Source of the DNA: Candidatus Heimdallarchaeota archaeon
GTDB lineage: Archaea; Asgardarchaeota; Heimdallarchaeia; Heimdallarchaeales; Heimdallarchaeaceae
Direction: 5' to 3'
NCBI GenBank assembly: GCA_030668875.1
Contig: DAOVER010000005.1
Span: 26,597 to 90,596, forward strand
Length of the DNA: 64,000 nucleotides
Position 1 is the stretch's first letter. Each line of letters opens with the position of its first letter. A program made the translations under genes and the position numbers. Positions 18,839-26,261 of this stretch are shown here, piece by piece. The notes beneath the pieces were generated by a model. That model was not told the DNA's origin. It made no database searches and saw nothing but the letters and a program-made list of their open reading frames with translations.

Positions 18839-19294
18839 ATGAAATTGAGGATTTCTGGAGACAAACTTACAATCGCGTGTGCCCATATGCTTTCGAAACA
18901 CGATAAATGCGCTCGTGTGCATGGTCACAATTATCAAATTGAAGTTGAAATAGAAGGAGAGATTAATGAGAGTAATATGATTATTGATTTTGGCCTCTTC
19001 AAAAAAGGTGTGAGCGAGATCCTTAAAGAATTGGATCATAAAACTTTACTACCGGAAAATAGCAAAGATTTTAACATTAAAACTAACAAAAAAGAAGTAA
19101 TAATTTCAACATGTGATGATAAAAGATATAGATTCCCTAGAGAAGATGTCAAGTTACTACCAATAGAAGCAACTACTGCTGAACTTATGTCCGTGTATTT
19201 TCATGATTTAATCAAAAAACAATTTCCAGAATTTAAAATCACAGTAATTATGTCGGAAACTCCTACGAGTAAGGTCATCTATACAGGTGATTGA
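18839..19294 (+). CDS. queD: 6-carboxy-5,6,7,8-tetrahydropterin synthase
   Basis: CAHMLSKHDKCARVHGHNYQIEVEIEG carries the Cys and His-x-His zinc/catalytic motif. Size is typical. Confidence 0.85.
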   Translation: MKLRISGDKLTIACAHMLSKHDKCARVHGHNYQIEVEIEGEINESNMIIDFGLFKKGVSEILKELDHKTLLPENSKDFNIKTNKKEVIISTCDDKRYRFPREDVKLLPIEATTAELMSVYFHDLIKKQFPEFKITVIMSETPTSKVIYTGD

Positions 19295-19355
19295 TTTTCG
19301 ATAATACGAAAATAATATGTTGAACCTACATGTCATTAAGCGAAGAGGATTAAAA

Positions 19356-20075
19356 ATGGTTATAGCAATAATATTATTCTCTGGAGGATTAGATTCTTCT
19401 GCCTGTCTTTATTGGGCTATTGAACGATATGATAGGATAATACTATTAAGTTTCAAATATGGTAGCAAAGAAGATGAAGTTATCAAAAGATTAAATCTGA
19501 AATTTGCAAATTTTTACAATTTGGAAAGCAAAATTATCTCTCTAGATTTCCTTGAAGAACTCTCCTTAAAAAGAGGTTCAAAACTCGCATCGGTTGAATC
19601 GGAACCTCCTGAATTTTCTAGTTTTAAGCAACTTGATGAGAGTAAATTGACAAAAGAGACAGCAAATCAAGTATGGGTTCCAGCAAGAAACATACTATTC
19701 ATATCCGCAGCTTCAGCTGTTGCGGATAGTTACAAGGAACCGGTTCATATCTTATTTGGTGCAAACAAAGAAGAAGCAACAACATTTCCAGATAATACTC
19801 CTGAGTTTGTAGAACGGATGAATGGTGCTATTAGTTTAGGTTGCTTAAACGAGGTTTCTGTTCTCGCACCTTTCAATACACAAATTAAAAGTGAGATCAT
19901 TGAATTTTTGATTGAAAAGAAGGCAAAATTTGAGTATATGTCTTCTTGTTATCAGGTCAAAGAATGGACAAAGGAAGGATATCCGATCCATTGTGGAATT
20001 TGTGAGTCATGCCAAAGAAAAAAGAGAGCTTTTCAAGAATCGGGGGTTTCGGATCCAACATTTTATAAGAAATAA
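19356..20075 (+). CDS. queC: 7-cyano-7-deazaguanine (preQ0) synthase
   Basis: PP-loop ILFSGGLDSS and a C-terminal zinc cluster CYQ...CGICESCQRKKRAF. The start is moved to the ATG at 19356, which follows a GAGGA-like Shine-Dalgarno (SD) sequence. Confidence 0.85.
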   Translation: MVIAIILFSGGLDSSACLYWAIERYDRIILLSFKYGSKEDEVIKRLNLKFANFYNLESKIISLDFLEELSLKRGSKLASVESEPPEFSSFKQLDESKLTKETANQVWVPARNILFISAASAVADSYKEPVHILFGANKEEATTFPDNTPEFVERMNGAISLGCLNEVSVLAPFNTQIKSEIIEFLIEKKAKFEYMSSCYQVKEWTKEGYPIHCGICESCQRKKRAFQESGVSDPTFYKK

Positions 20076-20129
20076 GGTAATTTGAAAGCAAATAGTTTTT
20101 ATTTGTAGTTCACCTTCGTATACAATGGG

Positions 20130-20783
20130 GTGAAATGTATGGGTCTACGTATCTTTTCAGTTAATAAAGATGGTAGTTTTTTCGAGGTTCCATCAGAGAA
20201 AGAGAGTTTTCTTCGCGGTGATGGAGCTTATTTGATTGTAGATAGAAAAGAAAAGAAGATATTCATCTATCGAAAAATGGGCATATCAAGTGCTTTAGCA
20301 TATTCAGCCGCTAGAGCAGCAACCAACCTTAATACACATAAGGGTTCTAGATACAAAATCATTAACATAGAGGAGGAAGAGAAGGATCGTATACTTCCAT
20401 CACTTTATCAGAGGCTAGATGTTTCGATTCCAAGTGAGATTAAAGAAAGTAAAGAAACTGCGATTGCCTCGAGAAATATTGTTTATGGTGAAACAACCAT
20501 TCCAGTTTTTGAAACAAAAAACTATTCTTCAAGCGTCCAAACTAAGAAAGAAGAGAGAGAAATACAACCTGTAAGAAAAATTCTTCAAATAGAGAAAGAG
20601 AAGGAGAGTTACAAAACTCAAAATATTGATGAGTTAGTTAAAACTTTGGCAAATCAGATTCTTTTTGAAACTAAATTAGACAAAGCCAAAAAAATGAATA
20701 AGCCAGCAAGACATATTCTGAAAGCTGAAATGGTTAAAAAGATAGATTCGTTATTAGATAATATCTATGAAGAGGACAACTAA
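20130..20783 (+). CDS. gelsolin/cofilin-like domain protein with a K/E-rich tail
   Basis: LRIFSVNKDGSFFEVPSEKESFLRGDGAYLIVDRKEKKIFIYRKMGISSALAYSAARAATNL...IEEEEK aligns by eye with the gelsolin repeat pattern (L.IWRV...VP...F..GD.Y.I......Y.W.G..S......A...A..L....E). Confidence 0.45.
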   Translation: MKCMGLRIFSVNKDGSFFEVPSEKESFLRGDGAYLIVDRKEKKIFIYRKMGISSALAYSAARAATNLNTHKGSRYKIINIEEEEKDRILPSLYQRLDVSIPSEIKESKETAIASRNIVYGETTIPVFETKNYSSSVQTKKEEREIQPVRKILQIEKEKESYKTQNIDELVKTLANQILFETKLDKAKKMNKPARHILKAEMVKKIDSLLDNIYEEDN

Positions 20784-22150
20784 TTACCCTCTTTCTGTAT
20801 TTTCGCAATGAAAAAACCTTCAGTTTCATGAAGGTGAGGATATAATTCTTGAGCTTTATTTTCCAATAGATTAGATTCTATGCCAATCATTGGTGAGGCT
20901 AGCATTAATGAAAAGTTTGAGTTGTTCTTGAGAAACTGTGAAATAATCTCATGATTTTCGTCTTCAAAGAGTGAACAAGTTGAATAAACAATACACCCAC
21001 CCACTTCAAGAAGCTTGGAGGCTTCATCAAGCAAAGCATTCTGTAGTTTAATATACCAATTAAGATCTCTCTGTTTCATTCTCCATTTAATATCAGGTCT
21101 TGAAGAATAAGTTCCTGATCCAGAGCATGGGGGATCAAGTAGAATTTTGTCAAAAGTTGATTTAACAGTTTTTTTTAGAGTTCTCGCGTCTGCTGATAAA
21201 ATTTTAACTTCTTCAGCACCTAACAATTTTAATCGATCAGTTAATATTTTCACTCTTTCCTTGTTTAAATCAACAGCCAAGATATTTTTTGCTGTACCAG
21301 CTTGAGCTACAATATGTGAAGTTTTTCCCCCTGGTGATGCGCACATATCGAGTATTTCCTCGCCTAGTTGTGGATTCAGAACTAGTGAAACCAAGGCAGA
21401 AGCTTTTTGCTGTATAACAAGCTTGCCTTCCTTAAATTCATCTAAACGTGGAATTGGTACAGGTGTTTCATCAATGCGTATAAGATTTGGTATAATTTCA
21501 ACAGGGGTGTACTTTATCTCATAGGTTGCAAGATTGTCAACAATCTCATCAAAAGATGCTTTTAGGGTATTAATTCTTACATACATCGGGATACTTTCAA
21601 GTAAGGATTGCAAAACTTTCTCTGTGAAATCTACTCCCCATTGTTTGATGAATTTCCTAATTATCCAAGTATAAGTAAAATACTTCAGAGAATATTTTGA
21701 GGGTAAATCTTCGCGATTCTCAAAGAGATTTTCTTCAGTTACTGATTGGATTAATTCTAACAAAGTGTCAAAAGACATTTGAGCAACGGAGCGATAGTAG
21801 GGTTCAAGCATAGTAACTACTTCGTCAACTGGTTTATTATTTACTTTCAACATGTGTGTAGCTATGCGTAATAGTGCTCTCATATCACTCTTTATTTTTT
21901 TCAGAGAGAAATTTGATGAGCTTGTTTTTATAAAAAGATCAATCCAGTTAAGTTTTCTATAAATCTCATTAGTATAATAATATAGAGTAGATTCTTCTTC
22001 TCTATCTAAATTATATTGATTAACGTGAAAACGTAAAACATTACGTAAAGATTTCCCATTATCTATATCTTCTAATGCAGACATAACTATAGGAATAATA
22101 GAATCCATCACATCCCAACTCTCTCTTCTGGAGTCATTGTCTCTTTTCAC
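20780..22150 (-). CDS. NOL1/NOP2/Sun (RsmB-like) RNA cytosine-C5 methyltransferase
   Basis: DMCASPGGKT, LLDPPCSGSGT and YSTCS motifs. Confidence 0.9.
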   Translation of the reverse strand: MKRDNDSRRESWDVMDSIIPIVMSALEDIDNGKSLRNVLRFHVNQYNLDREEESTLYYYTNEIYRKLNWIDLFIKTSSSNFSLKKIKSDMRALLRIATHMLKVNNKPVDEVVTMLEPYYRSVAQMSFDTLLELIQSVTEENLFENREDLPSKYSLKYFTYTWIIRKFIKQWGVDFTEKVLQSLLESIPMYVRINTLKASFDEIVDNLATYEIKYTPVEIIPNLIRIDETPVPIPRLDEFKEGKLVIQQKASALVSLVLNPQLGEEILDMCASPGGKTSHIVAQAGTAKNILAVDLNKERVKILTDRLKLLGAEEVKILSADARTLKKTVKSTFDKILLDPPCSGSGTYSSRPDIKWRMKQRDLNWYIKLQNALLDEASKLLEVGGCIVYSTCSLFEDENHEIISQFLKNNSNFSLMLASPMIGIESNLLENKAQELYPHLHETEGFFIAKIQKEGN

Positions 22151-22161
22151 TATATATTGGT

Positions 22162-22968
22162 TTAGTTGGTTAAATCATTAACAGAAATCCAGTTTACTAT
22201 CTCTTGCGGATAGAAAATTACTTTCTGCTCTACTTTCATTTGTAATAACTGTGAAAACTTTCTAAGAGCGACATTACAGAAATCTTGAATAGGGATAAAT
22301 AGGAAATTCATTTTGTTTTGTTTGTATTCCTTTAATCGTTTTGAATCTAAATTGAAACTAACCACTGTAGTTACTCCTTCCTTCTTGAGTTTCTTTAGTT
22401 CTTCTGACGATAATTCTTGCTTTTCCAGTACAAAACATTCAGGTTTATCATCGGATGTGTTGTTAAAAGCTATCCATTTCTTTGTGAGATGTGAAAGATT
22501 TGCTAGGAAATCTTTGAAAGAAATTTCGCTAGCATTCCAGCGAGAAATGTTGTTACCTGGAGATACGGAAACTTTGTCTTGTTTAAATCGATTGACACCA
22601 AGTGTTTGTAGAAAGTATGCAAAAGCACCATTTTTTGAGTATAACCAGTTATTTGATAGGCTCATTGTTTTGATATTATTGGTAGTTAAAGAGCGTAATA
22701 ATTCAAAATCTCGCTCAGATAATGGAAAACCATTTTCGATAATAGATAATGGCAGAATAGTGATAACCAGATTAGATTTGTTATCATTCATCGAGTGTGT
22801 AAGTCTAAGATTAGCAAATGTGGAAACGAAGATCGTTTTTACTATAGTAGATTTTGTAACCTTTTCTGCATAAGTTCCAAATTCAAGCCCAAAATCCTTA
22901 TTTCGTATGACATCTTTATCACACATTGAGCTAAGTAATTTCAATATCTCGTCTAAAGTTTTTGTCAT
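22162..22968 (-). CDS. hypothetical protein (268 aa)
   Basis: Intact ORF 11 nt downstream of the NSUN gene on the same strand. No motif recognised. Confidence 0.5.
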   Translation of the reverse strand: MTKTLDEILKLLSSMCDKDVIRNKDFGLEFGTYAEKVTKSTIVKTIFVSTFANLRLTHSMNDNKSNLVITILPLSIIENGFPLSERDFELLRSLTTNNIKTMSLSNNWLYSKNGAFAYFLQTLGVNRFKQDKVSVSPGNNISRWNASEISFKDFLANLSHLTKKWIAFNNTSDDKPECFVLEKQELSSEELKKLKKEGVTTVVSFNLDSKRLKEYKQNKMNFLFIPIQDFCNVALRKFSQLLQMKVEQKVIFYPQEIVNWISVNDLTN

Positions 22969-23183
22969 TCTAACGACGTTTGTGATTACAACTTAAAAAA
23001 GGATTTGGGGGCTTTGCTGAAAGTAAAATACCTCAAAAATGAAGAAAAGAAAAAATAGTTCTTACTTCTTTAGGAACAATGGTATTAGTGTATATCATCG
23101 GTTGGAATAAAGCTAAAAGAAAAGTTTAAAACAAAAGTAAGGAAGGAAAGACGTAAGCTTGATTTGTAAGATTTACAGAGAAT

Positions 23184-23268
23184 GCCAGGATATCCAAGCG
23201 GCTACGGAGATGCATTGGAAATGCATTGCCCTTGTGGCGCCGGGGTTCGAATCCCCGTCCTGGCTCCA
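23184..23268 (+). tRNA. tRNA-Ser(GGA), class II with a long variable arm and encoded CCA
   Basis: Acceptor GCCAGGA/TCCTGGC. Anticodon stem ATGCA/TGCAT with loop TTGGAAA. T arm CGGGG-TTCGAAT-CCCCG. Variable arm TGCCCTTGTGGCGC. Confidence 0.9.
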
Positions 23269-23389
23269 TATTTTCTTAAACATGTTTATTTGACTAATGA
23301 ATATGTTTTTCTCTATTAAGCAAATACTTAAAAAAATCTTATCTGCATCCTTCTTGAAGTCATTGGTATCTTCTACATATAGATGCTAG

Positions 23390-23465
23390 GCGAAGCTCGC
23401 TGGAGATAGATGTCTCCCTTTCTACAAACTTGTAGAACGATGAGCTCCACAACTCCGGGTTGTGG
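23390..23465 (+). promoter_or_regulatory. candidate structured 5' leader of the uS13-uS4-uS11 operon (four consecutive hairpins)
   Basis: The hairpins are GCGA-agc-TCGC, GGAGA-tagatg-TCTCC, CTACAA-ac-TTGTAG and CCACAAC-tccgg-GTTGTGG. They are locally GC-richer than the flanks and end 27 nt before the uS13 ATG. Confidence 0.35.
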
Positions 23466-23491
23466 AAGAAAAAACGAACAAAAGTGATAAT

Positions 23492-23938
23492 ATGTCATTT
23501 CGCCATTTAGTTAGGATAAAGTCTACCGATTTAGAGGGTCATTTACCTGTTTCTTTAGGACTTTCTAAAATCGGAGGTGTTAACAGAAGGTTAGCACAGA
23601 CAATTGTAAAAACATTGAATATTCCTTATACTGAACGTATCGGTACTCTTACCGATGTTAAAGTTAAGGAAATAGAAAGCGTTATTTCTGATCCCGTTGC
23701 TGCAGGTATCCCTGTGTGGATGATTAATCGAAGAAAAGATCGTCAAACTGGTGATAATTTACACATAACAGAGGCCAAACTCATTCTTCAGACAAAACAA
23801 GATATTGAAAGATATATCAAGATTCGATGCCGTCGAGGAATTCGCCATCAGTTCAAATTAAAAGTCAGAGGTCAAAAGACCCGAACTCATGGTGGTACTG
23901 GTACGACTGTAGGCGTATCTAAGAGAAGACAAAGGTAA
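23492..23938 (+). CDS. rps13: 30S ribosomal protein uS13
   Basis: FRHLVRIKSTDLEGHLPV..L..IGGV and a basic C-terminus. The start is set to the ATG at 23492, which gives 148 aa. Confidence 0.9.
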   Translation: MSFRHLVRIKSTDLEGHLPVSLGLSKIGGVNRRLAQTIVKTLNIPYTERIGTLTDVKVKEIESVISDPVAAGIPVWMINRRKDRQTGDNLHITEAKLILQTKQDIERYIKIRCRRGIRHQFKLKVRGQKTRTHGGTGTTVGVSKRRQR

Positions 23939-23943
23939 TTATT

Positions 23944-25221
23944 ATGGGTGGAATTAAGAGAAAAAGAAAGAAAATCGAAACGCCAGGTCATCCTTATGAT
24001 AAAGCTCGCTTAGAGAGAGAACTCCCTCTTGTTGGTGCTTATGGTTTAAGAAACAAGCGCGAATTATGGAAAGCAAGAACTATTCTTTCTACAGCTAGAC
24101 AACAAGCTAGAGGCTTACTAGCTCTTGACCCTGAAATTAGAAAAGTTAGAGAACAAGAACTTCTTTCAAGACTCTCTCGTTTTGGTATGTTATCTCAGAA
24201 TAGCAATCTTGACTCTGTTTTAGCACTTGAAATTAAAGTCATTCTTGAAAGAAGACTTCAAACAATTGTATTCAGAAAAGGTTTAGCATCCTCTCCGTAC
24301 CAAGCTCGTCAATTTATTGCTCACAGACACATAGCTATTGGAACTGGTGTTGCAACATCTCCTAGCAGATTAATCACAATAGCTGAAGAGGAGATAGTCA
24401 ACTACGCTCCCCGTTCTCCACTGAATGATCAAACTCATCCTTCGCGACCTCAAGCACCTCCTGCTTTTGATGCGGGGCAACCTGAGAAAAGGGAAGAACA
24501 TAAGCGTGAAAGAACTGGAAGAGATGGCAAACCTAGAAGGAAAGAAGCTCCAAAGAAGGAAACTAAACCAGGAGTTAAACCAAAACCAGAGGTAAAGAAG
24601 GAAACTCCAAAGAAAGAAGCTCCAAAGAAGGAAACTAAACCAGGAGTTAAACCAAAACCAGAGGTAAAGAAGGAAACTCCAAAGAAAGAAGTTCCAAAGA
24701 AGGAAACTCCAAAACCAGAGGTAAAGAAGGAAACTCCAAAGAAAGAAGTTCCAAAGAAGGAAACTCCAAAACCAGAGGTAAAGAAGGAAACTCCAAAACC
24801 AGAGGTAAAAAAGGAAACTCCAAAACCAGAGGTTAAAACAAAGCCAGAAGTGAAGAAAGAGGTTCCAAAGAAGGAAACTAAACCAGAAGTTAAAACAAAG
24901 CCAGAGGTAAAGAAGGAAACTCCAAAACCAGAGGTAAAGAAGGAAACTCCAAAACCAGAGGTTAAAACAAAGCCAGAAGTAAAGAAAGAAGCTCCAAAGA
25001 AGGAAACTAAAATCTCTGACCTTGACATCTCTTTGATAAAAGGTATTGGTGCAAAAACTGCCATGCTTCTCAAAGAAAATGGCTTTGATACTGTTGGTAA
25101 GATTGCTAAGGCAACTACTGAAGAACTTTCCAAAGTTCCAGGTGTTGGTCCCGCTACTGCATCAGCTATGAATAGTGAAGCTAAAGTTTTGCTTTCAAAG
25201 AAAGCTGAGGATAAGAAGTAG
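23944..25221 (+). CDS. rps4: 30S ribosomal protein uS4 with a C-terminal extension of about 260 aa (K/P/E tandem repeats plus an HhH module)
   Basis: The N-terminal ~165 aa is a normal archaeal S4 (PGHPYDKARLERE...S4 RNA-binding domain). Then come KPEVKKETPKKE repeats and ISDLDISLIKGIGAKTAMLLKENGFDTVGKIAKATTEELSKVPGVGPATA. Confidence 0.9.
   Translation: MGGIKRKRKKIETPGHPYDKARLERELPLVGAYGLRNKRELWKARTILSTARQQARGLLALDPEIRKVREQELLSRLSRFGMLSQNSNLDSVLALEIKVILERRLQTIVFRKGLASSPYQARQFIAHRHIAIGTGVATSPSRLITIAEEEIVNYAPRSPLNDQTHPSRPQAPPAFDAGQPEKREEHKRERTGRDGKPRRKEAPKKETKPGVKPKPEVKKETPKKEAPKKETKPGVKPKPEVKKETPKKEVPKKETPKPEVKKETPKKEVPKKETPKPEVKKETPKPEVKKETPKPEVKTKPEVKKEVPKKETKPEVKTKPEVKKETPKPEVKKETPKPEVKTKPEVKKEAPKKETKISDLDISLIKGIGAKTAMLLKENGFDTVGKIAKATTEELSKVPGVGPATASAMNSEAKVLLSKKAEDKK
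24544..25008 (+). repeat. in-frame coding tandem repeats inside uS4 (72-nt unit x2, 57-nt unit x2, then shorter KPEVKKETP variants)
   Basis: gaagctccaaagaaggaaactaaaccaggagttaaaccaaaaccagaggtaaagaaggaaactccaaagaaa recurs with a 72-nt period at 24544 and 24616. Related units continue to about 25008. Confidence 0.9.
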
Positions 25222-25228
25222 GTGAAGT

Positions 25229-25714
25229 ATGATGAGTAAAAAAGAAGAAACTAAAGTTAAATCTGAAGAAAAGTCTGAAGAAAAAACTGAAACAACAGAA
25301 TCTTCGCGACCTGAGCGACCAAGAAGAAGAGAATCTAAACACGGGATAGCACATATCTTTTCAAGCTATAATGACACAATCATCCACATAACAGACATCT
25401 CTGGAGCTGAAACATTCAGCCGTAAAAGTGGAGGAATGTTTGTGAAAGCAGACAGAAATGAATCAAGTCCTTATGCAGCAATGAAAGCAGCAAACGCAGC
25501 AGCACAAGAATCGCAAGCAAAAGGAATATATCAACTGTATGTAAGATATAGGGCACCAGGAGGACATAAAAATAGAACTCCAGGACCAGGAACACAAGCA
25601 GCATTACGTGCACTGAAAAGATCAGGAATGAGAATAATAAGACTAGAAGATGTAACTCCATTGCCACACAATGGTTGTAGGAGAAAGGGTGGCCGTAGAG
25701 GCCGTAGAATGTAG
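25229..25714 (+). CDS. rps11: 30S ribosomal protein uS11 with a K/E-rich N-terminal extension
   Basis: [18 protein letters not shown] ... [23 protein letters not shown]. Confidence 0.9.
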   Translation: MMSKKEETKVKSEEKSEEKTETTESSRPERPRRRESKHGIAHIFSSYNDTIIHITDISGAETFSRKSGGMFVKADRNESSPYAAMKAANAAAQESQAKGIYQLYVRYRAPGGHKNRTPGPGTQAALRALKRSGMRIIRLEDVTPLPHNGCRRKGGRRGRRM

Positions 25715-25765
25715 TTTTCATCTTTTTCCATTTCCTTATTTTTACTTTCATTTTTGTAATGTTTG
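25715..25765 (+). terminator. possible oligo-T archaeal terminator after uS11
   Basis: Several T tracts (ctttttcc, tatttttac, catttttg) immediately follow the stop codon. Confidence 0.3.
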
Positions 25766-25805
25766 GGTTTATATCCCATTTTCTTTATTATAATTTGAAG
25801 AGTTT

Positions 25806-26252
25806 ATGACAATTACTAAAGCTAAAATATTTGCATGTGAAATCTGTGGGAAAGAGTTTGGAAGAAAGGACAATCTAGGAAGGCACAAAATAACAGTTCA
25901 TTCCAAATCACAGAAGCATAAATGTCCAAAGTGCAATTTTTCTTCAACAAGAAAAGATAGTCTTGATAAACATATCAAAGAAGTTCACAGTGAAGTAAAG
26001 CAATATTCTTGTAAAATGTGTGGAGAAAGGTTCACACAAAAAGGGAGTATGGAAAGGCATATAGATTCCTCTCATAAAGACGTTTTTTCTTTTGCATGTC
26101 CCAAATGCAATTCAATTTTCTCAAGAAAAGATAGCTTGTTACGACATATCAGAAGTGTGCACGAAGGTATAAGACCTCACAAATGTTCAGAATGTGGTAA
26201 AAGCTTTCAACATAAACATCATCTGAAGGATCACCTAATTTTAGGTCATTGA
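25806..26252 (+). CDS. C2H2 zinc-finger protein, 5 tandem fingers
   Basis: There are five C-x2-C-x12-H-x4-H units, for example CEICGKEFGRKDNLGRHKITVH and CSECGKSFQHKHHLKDHLILGH. The period is about 28-29 aa with linkers such as EGIRPHKC. Confidence 0.9.
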   Translation: MTITKAKIFACEICGKEFGRKDNLGRHKITVHSKSQKHKCPKCNFSSTRKDSLDKHIKEVHSEVKQYSCKMCGERFTQKGSMERHIDSSHKDVFSFACPKCNSIFSRKDSLLRHIRSVHEGIRPHKCSECGKSFQHKHHLKDHLILGH

Positions 26253-26261
26253 GGGAAGGAA

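Noticed and set aside
24544-25008. Regular direct repeats that a naive scan could flag as CRISPR-like
   Set aside because: The repeats are contiguous with no unique spacers. They are in frame within uS4 and encode a peptide repeat. No cas genes are present.
24450-25133. 227-aa repetitive ORF (FFTSGFGVS repeats) on the minus strand
   Set aside because: It is antisense to the uS4 K/P/E tandem repeat. The sense frame continues from a bona fide S4 domain into an HhH domain.
25416-25779. Two minus-strand ORFs (111 and 82 aa)
   Set aside because: They are antisense to uS11 and its 3' flank. Their sequence is low-complexity L/F-rich.
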